Shown: positions 39,249 to 48,743 of the stretch, piece by piece
Position numbering within the stretch: position 1 is the first letter of the stretch
Layout of the letters: the number at the start of each line of letters is the position of its first letter
Assembly (NCBI GenBank): GCA_016783745.1
Contig: JADHVZ010000006.1
Coordinates: 3,397 to 67,396 of the forward strand
DNA: 64,000 nt
From: Candidatus Omnitrophota bacterium
Lineage (GTDB): Bacteria; Omnitrophota; Gorgyraeia; JAHIPI01
Direction: 5' to 3'
Translations under genes and position numbers: made by a program
Notes under the pieces: model-generated
What the model was told of the DNA's origin: nothing
Database searches by the model: none
Seen by the model: the letters and a program-made list of their open reading frames with translations, nothing else

Positions 39249-41536
39249 CTCAACAACTCTATGCTTGTCCTTGAATATTTTGCATAATCGGAATCCGGAT
39301 GATTGTCGATTATATGCTGGTACTCTCTTATGGCCTCTTCTTTTGCCCCAACAGAAGCCAGGGATGACGCAAGTTCAAAACGCGCCATAATTGAAAAATC
39401 GCTATCAGGATAAAGGGCGATCATTTCTTTTAAGAAAGAAATTGTCTTCTGAGCCCTTGCGCCCTGGCTGTATACAGTAAATATACTGAGGGTCTCCTTT
39501 ATAGCGCTTTGAGCCAGATCACTTTCCGAATAATTCACTATGAAATCGCGGAAGGCCTGAATGGCTTTGCTGTATGAACGCTTTTCTTTCAGCGCTACCC
39601 CTATCGCATATGCGGCATCATCCGCTAACTCACTATTAGGGAATTCGGCGATCAATCTTTGATACACATTGACAGCTTCATCATACACCTCATTCCTCTT
39701 ATAGGAACTGGCAAGTTCCATTATCGCAAATGACGCCTCTTCCTGAGAAAGATTCTGTATCACATTATTCATATAAATGTTATATAATATCTTTGCGCGC
39801 TCAACATCGCCGTTGCTAAGCGCCAGCTCCGCTTTTTCCGTAAGCAGCGCCTTTACCTTCCCGGCATCGGTGATCTGCCCTATATTAGCGGCATATTCGC
39901 GTAAAAGGCGCCTGGAAAGCCTGACCTCTCCCTCCTCCTGCAATAATTCCGAATAGGTAAGCAGCGGCATAGCATTGCCTGTCGATTTAGCGTGCGCCAT
40001 TATCTCTTTTTCAAGCCGCTCAAGAGCAACCGTCTCCTGCCCTACAAGAAGATCATTATATATCAACCATTCAAGATACAAGACCTTTAAATAATACTCC
40101 GCGCCTTCCGTTTTTTTCCGGGCGGTTTTCATATGACCCACCACTTTACTGAGGTGCCTCATCTTCTCCGCGTAATAAGTCTCCCACGATCCGATATGCG
40201 CCAGATGCTCTAATTTGCACCATCCCGCCAGCGCGGCGTAATAATGCAAGAGTCCGGAAAATTCTGAATCGGGATAAGAAGACATGTACTCCTCAAGATA
40301 AGAGGAAAGTTGATCGAATCCCCGCTTCTCCAGTAATCTACCGGCCAGATCTTCAAGCATATCCGGAACAGCGGGACTTGACGGAGTCAGATTTAACTGA
40401 TTCTCAAGCTTTTCGATATCACTGTCTACTATAATATCTTCCTTCCAGACTTTTCTCAATGCGCTTCTTTTAACCGCGTTATAGGTACCCCGGCAATATT
40501 CTGATATCGCGAGCAGAAAATTCCTGAATATAGTGTTTCTGAACATCTGCTTGGCCGCGTAATATCCGCCTTTCGGCTTCCTGTCCCCCTTTACCAAGCC
40601 CCAATGCTCTTCCACGTTATCATCCTGGTTGTTTATATCACCGGCTTTGGACCAGTCATCCGCCCACTGGAATAATATGGCGCCTAATATGTGCCTATTG
40701 ACCTTGGCTATCTGGTCGGATATCACATCTTCCTGCAATTTGGCGGTCCAGTAAGTGCTGTAACCCATTTCGGTTATAATGATGGGCTTTTTATACTTAC
40801 GCGAGATCTCTACAAGCTCATCCACTGTCTTCTTCGCCAGGTCAGGATCATACATACCGCTACGCCAGTCAGATACACCCAGGTAAACGTTGTACCCTAG
40901 AATATCCAGGAAATCCGCACCCAGTGTCTTTGCCTCTTCATCAACTATCAGGGTGGCTGCGGTGACAGGCCTTAGCGGATCCTGCTTCTTTACGGTCTCG
41001 TACAGTTCTTTAAGGAAACTATTTACAACATCCTTACCGTAGGCCTTGATGACATCCCCTTTTCCGGTACCGTATGTCCACGGCGCGTCATTCCATATGC
41101 TCCACGCATAAATGCACTCCCTGTTCTTATCCCTTCTTATGTTCCTTACAGCTTCTCTCTTCAGCGCCTGAAGCTGGTAAGGTGAAGTGAAGTCCGTCCA
41201 GTCTCCGGGAAATACTATTGTTTCAATGACCTTTATGCCATACTTATCGGCCAGGTCAAGGATGAATTCAGGGGGCATGCCGTACAGTCTTATCGTATTT
41301 ATTCCCGCCTCTTTGATGCGTTTAAAATCCTCTTCAAAGACCTCGCGCGGTATTTGAGAATAGTGCCGCACTTTCGGATACTGGGTGTCATATGTCACGC
41401 CTTTTATAGCATCAGGTTTTTTCGGCAGCAACACAAGAAAGATGAGTATCGCAAAAAAGAGCGCCAACAATCCCAGAACTAATCGCCTGGCAATCCGTAA
41501 CCGGCCGCCTTCTATCTTGTTTTTACTTTTTAACAT
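39245..41536 (-). CDS. Membrane-anchored clan GH-A-like TIM-barrel (glycosidase-like) domain fused to C-terminal TPR repeats
   Basis: 763 aa; N-terminal TM helix; residues ~40-330 paralogous to ORF 43177-44250 (AGINTIRLYG...LDLADKYGIKVIE...WSIWNDAPW...IITEMGYSTY); C-terminal ~330 aa with repeated A/Y/L-rich TPR-like units. Confidence 0.55.
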   Translation of the reverse strand: MLKSKNKIEGGRLRIARRLVLGLLALFFAILIFLVLLPKKPDAIKGVTYDTQYPKVRHYSQIPREVFEEDFKRIKEAGINTIRLYGMPPEFILDLADKYGIKVIETIVFPGDWTDFTSPYQLQALKREAVRNIRRDKNRECIYAWSIWNDAPWTYGTGKGDVIKAYGKDVVNSFLKELYETVKKQDPLRPVTAATLIVDEEAKTLGADFLDILGYNVYLGVSDWRSGMYDPDLAKKTVDELVEISRKYKKPIIITEMGYSTYWTAKLQEDVISDQIAKVNRHILGAILFQWADDWSKAGDINNQDDNVEEHWGLVKGDRKPKGGYYAAKQMFRNTIFRNFLLAISEYCRGTYNAVKRSALRKVWKEDIIVDSDIEKLENQLNLTPSSPAVPDMLEDLAGRLLEKRGFDQLSSYLEEYMSSYPDSEFSGLLHYYAALAGWCKLEHLAHIGSWETYYAEKMRHLSKVVGHMKTARKKTEGAEYYLKVLYLEWLIYNDLLVGQETVALERLEKEIMAHAKSTGNAMPLLTYSELLQEEGEVRLSRRLLREYAANIGQITDAGKVKALLTEKAELALSNGDVERAKILYNIYMNNVIQNLSQEEASFAIMELASSYKRNEVYDEAVNVYQRLIAEFPNSELADDAAYAIGVALKEKRSYSKAIQAFRDFIVNYSESDLAQSAIKETLSIFTVYSQGARAQKTISFLKEMIALYPDSDFSIMARFELASSLASVGAKEEAIREYQHIIDNHPDSDYAKYSRTSIELLR

Positions 41537-41544
41537 TATATTTT

Positions 41545-42327
41545 CTACTCCGCGTTATTTGTGAAAATGAAATCATCGATGTAGGCGATGTCGCCCTGCA
41601 TATTACCGACATCCTTTCCAAACGCTATGCCTAAATTATCAAGTTGAGACAGATCCACTTTACCGCTGATCTGAGCAAGCGGTATCATTATCCTCTGCCA
41701 CTGGGCAGTCAGGTCAGGGAGCCTATATCTGATCTGAGGGTCATAATCCAAGGCGTGGCCATCCCTGACCAAAAGCTCCATTTTCTCGCCGCCACTTTCG
41801 CCTTTTGCCCAAAATACAATAAATTTATATCCGGAGGCATCCAGCGACTCTACTTTTTTTGGAGTTGTCGTTATATCTATCGTAGAACCCAGATCCATCG
41901 CAAAACTGCCCCAGGCAAGCTCCGGTTTAACGCCAAGTCCGTTTACAAGCCTGAAGGAATTATTGCCGGAACGGACATTCGCCGTATTGTAGCCGAGTGA
42001 AACAGGATCATAGACCCAGGAAACAGGAAACTCGTTTACATTTTCCCAATCAGGTTCCAACGCCCCGTATACACCTATTTCGCCGCCTAGATTATTCGGC
42101 CACCCTTCAAAATCAGCGACGATCAAGGCATCATCCGACACCGCCGCCTTCTCCGATTCCACCATAGGCTTTGAGGGTATTGCGGGCGGGGCTTTCGGTG
42201 TTTCTACTTGACTACTTTGCGCGGTTTCCGGCTCTGAGATAGGCTGTTCCACCTCAGCCTTTTTCCCGCATCCTGAAACCGCGAATAACAGCACAAAAAG
42301 GAGAACACAAAATCTATTCATTATCAT
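41545..42327 (-). CDS. Secreted lipoprotein, CBM-like beta-sandwich domain (paralog of 42435-43154)
   Basis: 260 aa; lipobox AVSGC; shares ADFEGWPNNLGGE(I/V)GVYG...SFRLVNGLG...WGSFAMDLG...F(I/L)VFW with the downstream paralog. Confidence 0.5.
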   Translation of the reverse strand: MIMNRFCVLLFVLLFAVSGCGKKAEVEQPISEPETAQSSQVETPKAPPAIPSKPMVESEKAAVSDDALIVADFEGWPNNLGGEIGVYGALEPDWENVNEFPVSWVYDPVSLGYNTANVRSGNNSFRLVNGLGVKPELAWGSFAMDLGSTIDITTTPKKVESLDASGYKFIVFWAKGESGGEKMELLVRDGHALDYDPQIRYRLPDLTAQWQRIMIPLAQISGKVDLSQLDNLGIAFGKDVGNMQGDIAYIDDFIFTNNAE

Positions 42328-42376
42328 AATTACCTCCTATTGATAATGCACGTATATTATACATAAATCAATGACA

Positions 42377-42408
42377 AAAGCAATACCGAATTAACGGTAT
42401 TGCTTTTG
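42377..42408 (-). terminator. Probable intrinsic terminator (13-bp perfect stem aaaagcaataccg / cggtattgctttt, loop aattaa) downstream of ORF 42435-43154
   Basis: On the minus strand the hairpin is followed by UUUUGUCAUUGAUUU. Confidence 0.45.
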
Positions 42409-42434
42409 CAGAAACAGGATGTATTTTGCGGCGA

Positions 42435-43154
42435 TTATTCGCCGTTGTTAAACATGAAATCGTCTAAATAAACGATCTCGCCTTTCAGGTTGCCGACATC
42501 CCTTCCGAAAGCTATGCCAATATTGTCAAGCGCTGCCAGATCAAGCTTGCCGCTGAACTGCTGCAAAGGAATAACAACCTTCTGCCATTCAGTAGTGGCA
42601 TCCGAAAGCTTATGCTTGACCTGCGGCATATAGTTAAGCGCATGCGCATCTCTCATAAGAAACTGCAACCGCTCTCCGCCTTTTTCGCCCCGTAACCAGA
42701 AAACCAGATATTTAAATCCTGAACAGTCAAAAGATTCCACTCTTTTAGGGATAACTGTTAGATCCGTTGTCGGACCAAGATCCATAGCAAAACTTCCCCA
42801 TGTCTCTTCGGGCTTAAGCCCCAGGCCGTTTACCAGTCTGAATGATTGTCTTCCTCCGTGGACATTCTTGATATCATAAGTCGGCGTTATGGTCTCATAG
42901 ACCCATGAATATGGTACACTCGCTATATCATCCCAATTCGGCTCGAGCGATCCGTAAACACCTACTTCACCGCCCAAATTATTAGGCCAGCCCTCGAAAT
43001 CCGCTATCAAGACAACGCCGGCCTCGGCCTCAGTCACCACGACCTCTTCCATTTCCGTCAGCTCGCTTATCAGATCATCCTGTCCTATAGCAGTATTTAC
43101 AAACAGGAAAGTCGCGACTGCCAGAAATAACGCAAAAAATGTTCTTCTTACCAT
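42435..43154 (-). CDS. Secreted CBM-like beta-sandwich protein (paralog of 41545-42327)
   Basis: 239 aa with signal peptide; ~55% identical to the upstream paralog over the C-terminal 200 aa. Confidence 0.5.
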   Translation of the reverse strand: MVRRTFFALFLAVATFLFVNTAIGQDDLISELTEMEEVVVTEAEAGVVLIADFEGWPNNLGGEVGVYGSLEPNWDDIASVPYSWVYETITPTYDIKNVHGGRQSFRLVNGLGLKPEETWGSFAMDLGPTTDLTVIPKRVESFDCSGFKYLVFWLRGEKGGERLQFLMRDAHALNYMPQVKHKLSDATTEWQKVVIPLQQFSGKLDLAALDNIGIAFGRDVGNLKGEIVYLDDFMFNNGE

Positions 43155-43176
43155 GTCCTACCTCCTTTGTTATTTT

Positions 43177-44250
43177 TTAAAATTTTACTACTCCTCTATA
43201 GCCCCTTGATTTTGTCTGTATCATACCAAAAGCCTGAGACACCGCTTTGTAGCCGCTCTTTTGATCCCTGAAAGCGTCCACTATTCCCCAGTGCTCTTCT
43301 ATATGATTATCCTGGGTCAGGGGATTTCCCGCTTTATGCCATCCATCGGACCATTGGAACACTACGACCCCGGCTACCTTTGTACCCGCAGCCTTTATTT
43401 GCGCTTCCACTACTTTACCCTGACTGTACTTTTTACAATAAGTGCTGTACCCTGTTTCCAGGATCAATCCCGGCTTCTTTTGCTGTATACTGCATATACG
43501 TTCTATTTTGCTGACCTGCTTCTTAGCCTCTCTCAGGCTAAATCCCCCATTGAACCAGTCTGTGATCCCTACAAAAGCATTAAAACCCAAAACATCCAGA
43601 AAACCAAAGCCTATGTCCTCGCCCTCTTCTCCCAGTATATTAGAACCTGTCACCGGGTGATCAGGGTCACTTTCTTTGATGGCATCATATATTTCCTTCA
43701 AAAAAGCGTTTACTGTCCTCTTGTCATACTTTTTAAGTATGGATCCTTCTTTGCTCCACCTGAAAGGCATATCGTTCCATATGGACCACATTAGTATAGC
43801 CGGGTGGTCTTTATCTCTTTCGACATAGGCCAGAGCTGTTCGCTTCAGTCCCTCAAGGTCAGACTTGGAGTTGAATTTCGTGCCTCCGCCCGGATAACAT
43901 ATATTTTCGATGACTTTCAGTCCGTACTTATCCGCCAGGTCTAATACACTTGTAGGGAGCGGCGCGTATGTACGTATGGTATTGATGCCGGCCTGCCTCA
44001 TCATCTCGAAATCCTTTTCCCATACGCTGAAAGGTACGCTCTTAAAATCCTGCTTTGGGCCGTAGTCTAAAGAGTAGCTCACGCCTTTCACATAGAAAAG
44101 CTGGCCGTTTACATATATATTTCTTTCATCCCAGGTTATCTTAGCGGGTTTCTTGACTTTATCCTGGCAATCCGCGACATCTACCCCGGATGACAGGAGG
44201 AACGCGAGACACAAAAAACCGCTTAATATATTTCTGATCAGCCTAACCAT
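43177..44250 (-). CDS. Secreted clan GH-A-like TIM-barrel glycosidase-like protein (paralog of N-domain of 39245-41536)
   Basis: 357 aa with signal peptide; QAGINTIRTYAPLPTSVLDLADKYGLKVIE, WSIWNDMPF, ILETGYSTY. Confidence 0.55.
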   Translation of the reverse strand: MVRLIRNILSGFLCLAFLLSSGVDVADCQDKVKKPAKITWDERNIYVNGQLFYVKGVSYSLDYGPKQDFKSVPFSVWEKDFEMMRQAGINTIRTYAPLPTSVLDLADKYGLKVIENICYPGGGTKFNSKSDLEGLKRTALAYVERDKDHPAILMWSIWNDMPFRWSKEGSILKKYDKRTVNAFLKEIYDAIKESDPDHPVTGSNILGEEGEDIGFGFLDVLGFNAFVGITDWFNGGFSLREAKKQVSKIERICSIQQKKPGLILETGYSTYCKKYSQGKVVEAQIKAAGTKVAGVVVFQWSDGWHKAGNPLTQDNHIEEHWGIVDAFRDQKSGYKAVSQAFGMIQTKSRGYRGVVKF

Positions 44251-46664
44251 ACGTCCACTATATGTGTTTTGTTATCGTTTCTTGCTCTTACAATTTTATG
44301 TTTCTGCTCAATACCGTCGACTATTATACGCTTTACGCCGCTTTGGACTCCCATGGGGTTTTTAATAGTGATCTTGTACTTATCCCCCCTGAAAAGTCTT
44401 GTTATGGAACATTTTTTCCAGTGCGAAGGTATAGAAGGGTCTATCCGCAGTCCATTAAACTCTCTGTGTACACCTAAAAGATATTCTGTAGCGGCCAGGT
44501 ATGTCCACGCCGCGGTGCCGGTTATCCAGCTAAAAGCTCCCTCACCATATCTGTAAGGATGTTCCGGGCCTATTAGATATTCCGCATATACGTAAGGCTC
44601 TGTCTTGTAAAGATTCATGTCCTTCTGGCTGCTCGGCATGATCTTCCTCATGCTCTCATACGCCTTGTTCCCGCGTCCTGCCATGCAGTCAGCGACTATC
44701 TTGAACGTCGCGGCATGGCAAAATACGGCGGCGTTCTCCTTGGTACCTTCGGAAAACATGGTTATCCGGCCAAGCTTGGGATTGTAATTAGAGTAAGCCG
44801 GAAAAAAAAGAGCTATGCCGTGTTTTCCGTCCAGGTACTTATCGACTGCCTTAAATAATTTTTTCCTCCGTCCGGCAGTCGCGACACCACTTAAGACCGC
44901 CCAACTCTGGGTGTTTACGAATATCTTACCCTCACTATTTTTAGCTGAACCGTATATGGTATCGCAGTCCGTAAATCCGCGCAAATACCAGCTTCCGTCC
45001 CAGCAGTGCTTATTTATACGTTCGGTCATGATTTTAGCGCGGTTTCTGAATTGTTTGGCCTTATTTCCGTAGCCTATGATGTCCGCCAGCTCCAATAAAA
45101 TACTGTATGAGCGCACAAGCGCCATTGCCAGCCAGACACTTTCACCTTTTAAGTGCTTTCCTGCCGCATCTATGCCGTCGTTCCAGTCCGCGTGGCCGAT
45201 CAGCGGTAAGCCGCGTTTTCCGGTATCCGTAAATGTAAAATTGAGATTCTTCTCAAGATGCTCGAACAAAGTCCCCTCGCCGTCCCTAACGGCGCCACCC
45301 TTCCAATGTACATCCTTCCTGGTAGCCTTTTCTCTCCAGGCGTCTTTCATATAGGGGAATCTCTCAAGAAGGATCTTCTTATCGCCTGTTTCTTTCACAT
45401 AAGCCGAAACTGTCGAAGTCAACCAGACGGGGTGATCCTTATTTGGCGCGAAAGCGGCCGGACCCCTGGTAGATGACCAGCCCGGAGCGCTTGAACCATC
45501 CCTTCTTATAAGGGTCGCCAAGGTGGCTATTTTACCATACGCGTGCTTCGGATTTATCGACATAATGCCTTCGGCATCCTGGCACGAATCCCTATAGCCC
45601 CTTCCGCCGGAACCTTCATGGTAGTAAGACGGAGACCTGGACCACAGATTACAGATATACATCTGGTACTTTACCCAGATATTTATCATAGTATTAAAAT
45701 TTTTGTCCGGAGTCTCTACGGTAACATTATCAAGGATCCTATTTTGCCACAGTTTTTTGGTCTTTTCGAATTCAGACTGAGCGGTTTTGACATTTCTGTA
45801 TTTTGAGACTATCGCTTTTGCTTTATTTTTATTGTCTGTCTGACCCAATATAACCGCGAAAACTTTTTCCTCTTTCGGGCCAAGCCCGGCCTTAAGGCAA
45901 AAAGAGCCTATCCCGTCCTCCCCCGAACAGATCTCTGAAGATATATACCTGTCGGACGACACGGATTCCGGACAGGACTCATTGTTATATCTTCCCAAAA
46001 ATCTGTCTTTCCTCGTCGCGTAACCACTGGCCGGCAGGCTTGAAGCCAAGAAAGCTACAGAGTGAAACGGCTGTATATTATTCGCCTCCCACATAGCGGT
46101 CTTTCTCGCGAATATTATCTCATCTTTTTTGTCGTACCATACCCTGTTATAAAGGTTCATAATATTTCTATAGCGAAGCTCCATATGGTAATCGCCCATA
46201 AGCCACTCGACATAAGGGGCAATAGTAAGGCTTCTCTTCCTGGATGTAGTGTTTTTAAGCCTGACAAGCCAGATCTCACAACTGTCTTCAGGAGGCACAA
46301 AGTATGTGACTTCAGATTCTATTCCGTGATTTCTTGTCTTTATCGCTGTATATCCCAGGCCATGCCTGGCTTCAAAAAAATCGAATTTAGCTCTTACCGG
46401 CTGGTATGTAGCGCCCCAGTATTTTTTTGTTTTATTATCCCTTAAATATATATATTTACCGGGCCTATCCTTATGATAATTTTGCGGAGCCCAGCGCGTT
46501 GTCCTGTCAGTCCGGCAGTCTTTATAAAAACTATAACCTCCGGCACACTGCGAAATAACGCAGCAATAATCATTATTAGTCAGATAATTTATCCAGGGCC
46601 GTGGCGTCTGGGGTGTTTTAATTATATATTCCATGCCGTCTTTTGAAAAATTTCCGTATTTCAT
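44238..46664 (-). CDS. GH94 glycoside phosphorylase (cellobiose/chitobiose/cellodextrin phosphorylase-like)
   Basis: 808 aa; N-terminus MKYGNFSKDGMEYIIKTPQTPRPWINYLTN matches the characteristic cellobiose-phosphorylase N-terminus; GHADWNDG motif; length typical of GH94. Confidence 0.8.
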   Translation of the reverse strand: MKYGNFSKDGMEYIIKTPQTPRPWINYLTNNDYCCVISQCAGGYSFYKDCRTDRTTRWAPQNYHKDRPGKYIYLRDNKTKKYWGATYQPVRAKFDFFEARHGLGYTAIKTRNHGIESEVTYFVPPEDSCEIWLVRLKNTTSRKRSLTIAPYVEWLMGDYHMELRYRNIMNLYNRVWYDKKDEIIFARKTAMWEANNIQPFHSVAFLASSLPASGYATRKDRFLGRYNNESCPESVSSDRYISSEICSGEDGIGSFCLKAGLGPKEEKVFAVILGQTDNKNKAKAIVSKYRNVKTAQSEFEKTKKLWQNRILDNVTVETPDKNFNTMINIWVKYQMYICNLWSRSPSYYHEGSGGRGYRDSCQDAEGIMSINPKHAYGKIATLATLIRRDGSSAPGWSSTRGPAAFAPNKDHPVWLTSTVSAYVKETGDKKILLERFPYMKDAWREKATRKDVHWKGGAVRDGEGTLFEHLEKNLNFTFTDTGKRGLPLIGHADWNDGIDAAGKHLKGESVWLAMALVRSYSILLELADIIGYGNKAKQFRNRAKIMTERINKHCWDGSWYLRGFTDCDTIYGSAKNSEGKIFVNTQSWAVLSGVATAGRRKKLFKAVDKYLDGKHGIALFFPAYSNYNPKLGRITMFSEGTKENAAVFCHAATFKIVADCMAGRGNKAYESMRKIMPSSQKDMNLYKTEPYVYAEYLIGPEHPYRYGEGAFSWITGTAAWTYLAATEYLLGVHREFNGLRIDPSIPSHWKKCSITRLFRGDKYKITIKNPMGVQSGVKRIIVDGIEQKHKIVRARNDNKTHIVDVWLG

Positions 46665-46671
46665 TCAGCTT

Positions 46672-47979
46672 CTATCTTTCCCTCTCCTTCAGTAATTTGT
46701 TTGCCTTAGGAGTAGCTTCTCTTATCACTTCCTCAACATCAGCTGTCCCGTTAAAGACCAGATCCAGCTTAGGCGATAGATATAATTCGTTTACTTCACG
46801 CCATTTAATGTGAAAAGGTTCGAATACGACATGTCCTACGGCTTCATTAAGCATACCTTTATTTTTTGGCGGACTATCGCTGCCCGCAAAGTACGGGCCT
46901 AAGGCTATTGGCTTAAGGGCCGGCTGCGCCAGTCCCATTTCAGACAAAAATATTTGAGCTTTATCACTCGTCAGGGCTTTTACGATGCTCCACGCAAGTT
47001 CCGGATATTTAGTGGATTTGAGCACGCAGTAACCCGATCCGCCGGTCCCGAATTTCCTTATACCGGAAGGGCCTTTGGGAAACATGGCCACATCCCAATC
47101 AAAATCCTTTATGTTGCCAAACATAACGCTTTCCCAGAAGCCGGACTGATACATGGCAAGCTTCTGTGACATAAATAACTGCTGTGCGCCCATGCCAAGG
47201 TTACCGAATTCAACCGGGCTGGGAGAGACCTTATGTTTATTGATAAGGTCCGAGTAAAACTGTAATCCCTCTATACTTTCCGGCCTGCCCAGAGTGAATT
47301 CCCTGGGGTCTCCCACGTTATCTACTATGCTGCCGCCGTTTGAATAAACAAAATTTTGCCAGGTCCAACCGTAAAAACCGTACTGCGCCACCCTTCCGTT
47401 TTCATCCAGCTTAGTAAGCGCCTTTGCCTTGGAAAGCATATCATCCCAGGTCCAATCATCAGCAGGATACGGTATGCCGGCTTTGTCAAACAAGCGCTTG
47501 TTATAAAATACACAGGCAAATGGCGCCGTGTCTCTGGGTATGCAGTAAGTCTTACCGTCCTTAGTAAATCTCTCGATCATCTCCGGGAAAAAATCGTCCA
47601 CATTAAATTCTGTATCACTCTCTATGTAAGGCTTAAGATCCAGAAAAGCATCCATAGCCCAGAAATTCACAAATATATTTGATTCCACAAACATGACGTC
47701 CGGAGCCGTGCCGCCCGCTATTCTTATGAGCAGCTTGTTTGTGTAAGACCCGGCCGGTGTGTGCTCAATTTTAGCGACTGCTTCCGGATGGCCTTTTTGC
47801 CATTCATCGATTATCTTGTTGATTATCTCTATCTCATCCGGCCCGCCCCATATAGCGACTTTGATCACAGGCTGTTTGGAAGAAGTGCCGCATCCGGCCA
47901 TATTGAGTAATGAAAAGACTGTAATAAGGGTAAGTATAAAAAAAACAACTGGCTTTTTATTGATGCTAAATCTGCTCAT
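46672..47979 (-). CDS. Carbohydrate ABC transporter substrate-binding lipoprotein (family 1 extracellular solute-binding protein)
   Basis: 435 aa; lipobox MAGCG; sugar-SBP fold composition; no permease/ATPase genes adjacent. Confidence 0.8.
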   Translation of the reverse strand: MSRFSINKKPVVFFILTLITVFSLLNMAGCGTSSKQPVIKVAIWGGPDEIEIINKIIDEWQKGHPEAVAKIEHTPAGSYTNKLLIRIAGGTAPDVMFVESNIFVNFWAMDAFLDLKPYIESDTEFNVDDFFPEMIERFTKDGKTYCIPRDTAPFACVFYNKRLFDKAGIPYPADDWTWDDMLSKAKALTKLDENGRVAQYGFYGWTWQNFVYSNGGSIVDNVGDPREFTLGRPESIEGLQFYSDLINKHKVSPSPVEFGNLGMGAQQLFMSQKLAMYQSGFWESVMFGNIKDFDWDVAMFPKGPSGIRKFGTGGSGYCVLKSTKYPELAWSIVKALTSDKAQIFLSEMGLAQPALKPIALGPYFAGSDSPPKNKGMLNEAVGHVVFEPFHIKWREVNELYLSPKLDLVFNGTADVEEVIREATPKANKLLKERER

Positions 47980-48055
47980 TTTTTACCTCACATTTATTTC
48001 TATGTGAATTTTCGATATAAGCAAAGAGGTAAGTATTATAACATAATCATTGAAA

Positions 48056-48676
48056 TTAGTCAAGAGCCTTAATAATGCTTATTATCCGCTCCATAAGCTT
48101 TTTATCCTTTTTACCCGGGATTAGCTCTATGGAGCTGGATATGTCTACTCCATAAGGCCTTACAGCTTTTATAGCTTCCTCTATATTATATAGAGAGAGG
48201 CCCCCTGAAAGTATCATGGGTATGCCCAGGCTCCTGGCTTTAAGCGCAAGGCCCCAGTCAAAAGTCTTTCCTGTGCCGCCGTAAGCCTCTTTAGAGTAAG
48301 TATCCAAAAGGCAGGCGAAAATATCCTTATAATCAGTTATGGGCTTGAGGCTTTTTTCGTCTTTGATCCTGAACGCCTTTATCACCTTCCACCGCAACAG
48401 CTTAGAACAAAAAAGCGGGTTTTCATCGCCGTGAAGCTGGAGGGCGTCTAAAGAACAATTTCCGGCAATTCTTTCAATATTAGACAGGTCTTCATTCACG
48501 AAAACGCCGACTTTTAGAACGCTTCCCTTGAGCCCCTTTATGATGGATCTGGCTTTTTTCGGATCCACTTTTCTGGGGCTTTCAGCGAATACAAAGCCGA
48601 TCGCGTCAGCGCCTAAGTCCACAGCGCCTTGCGCGTCTTCCTGATTGGTTATACCGCATATCTTGATCTTGGTCAT
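48056..48676 (-). CDS. trpF: N-(5'-phosphoribosyl)anthranilate isomerase
   Basis: 206 aa; MTKIKICGIT...ADAIGFVF. Confidence 0.9.
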   Translation of the reverse strand: MTKIKICGITNQEDAQGAVDLGADAIGFVFAESPRKVDPKKARSIIKGLKGSVLKVGVFVNEDLSNIERIAGNCSLDALQLHGDENPLFCSKLLRWKVIKAFRIKDEKSLKPITDYKDIFACLLDTYSKEAYGGTGKTFDWGLALKARSLGIPMILSGGLSLYNIEEAIKAVRPYGVDISSSIELIPGKKDKKLMERIISIIKALD

Positions 48677-48703
48677 TATTCTATTGGATAGCTGGATACT
48701 GAT

Positions 48704-48734
48704 GTTACGAGACGTTACGAAAGATTACGTAACC
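48704..48734. repeat. 'gttacgag' family element (gttacgagacgttacgaaagattacgtaacc) in trpC-trpF spacer
   Basis: Direct gttacga words followed by inverted cgtaac; related to tandem array 26772-26820. Confidence 0.75.
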
Positions 48735-48743
48735 TCAATATAA

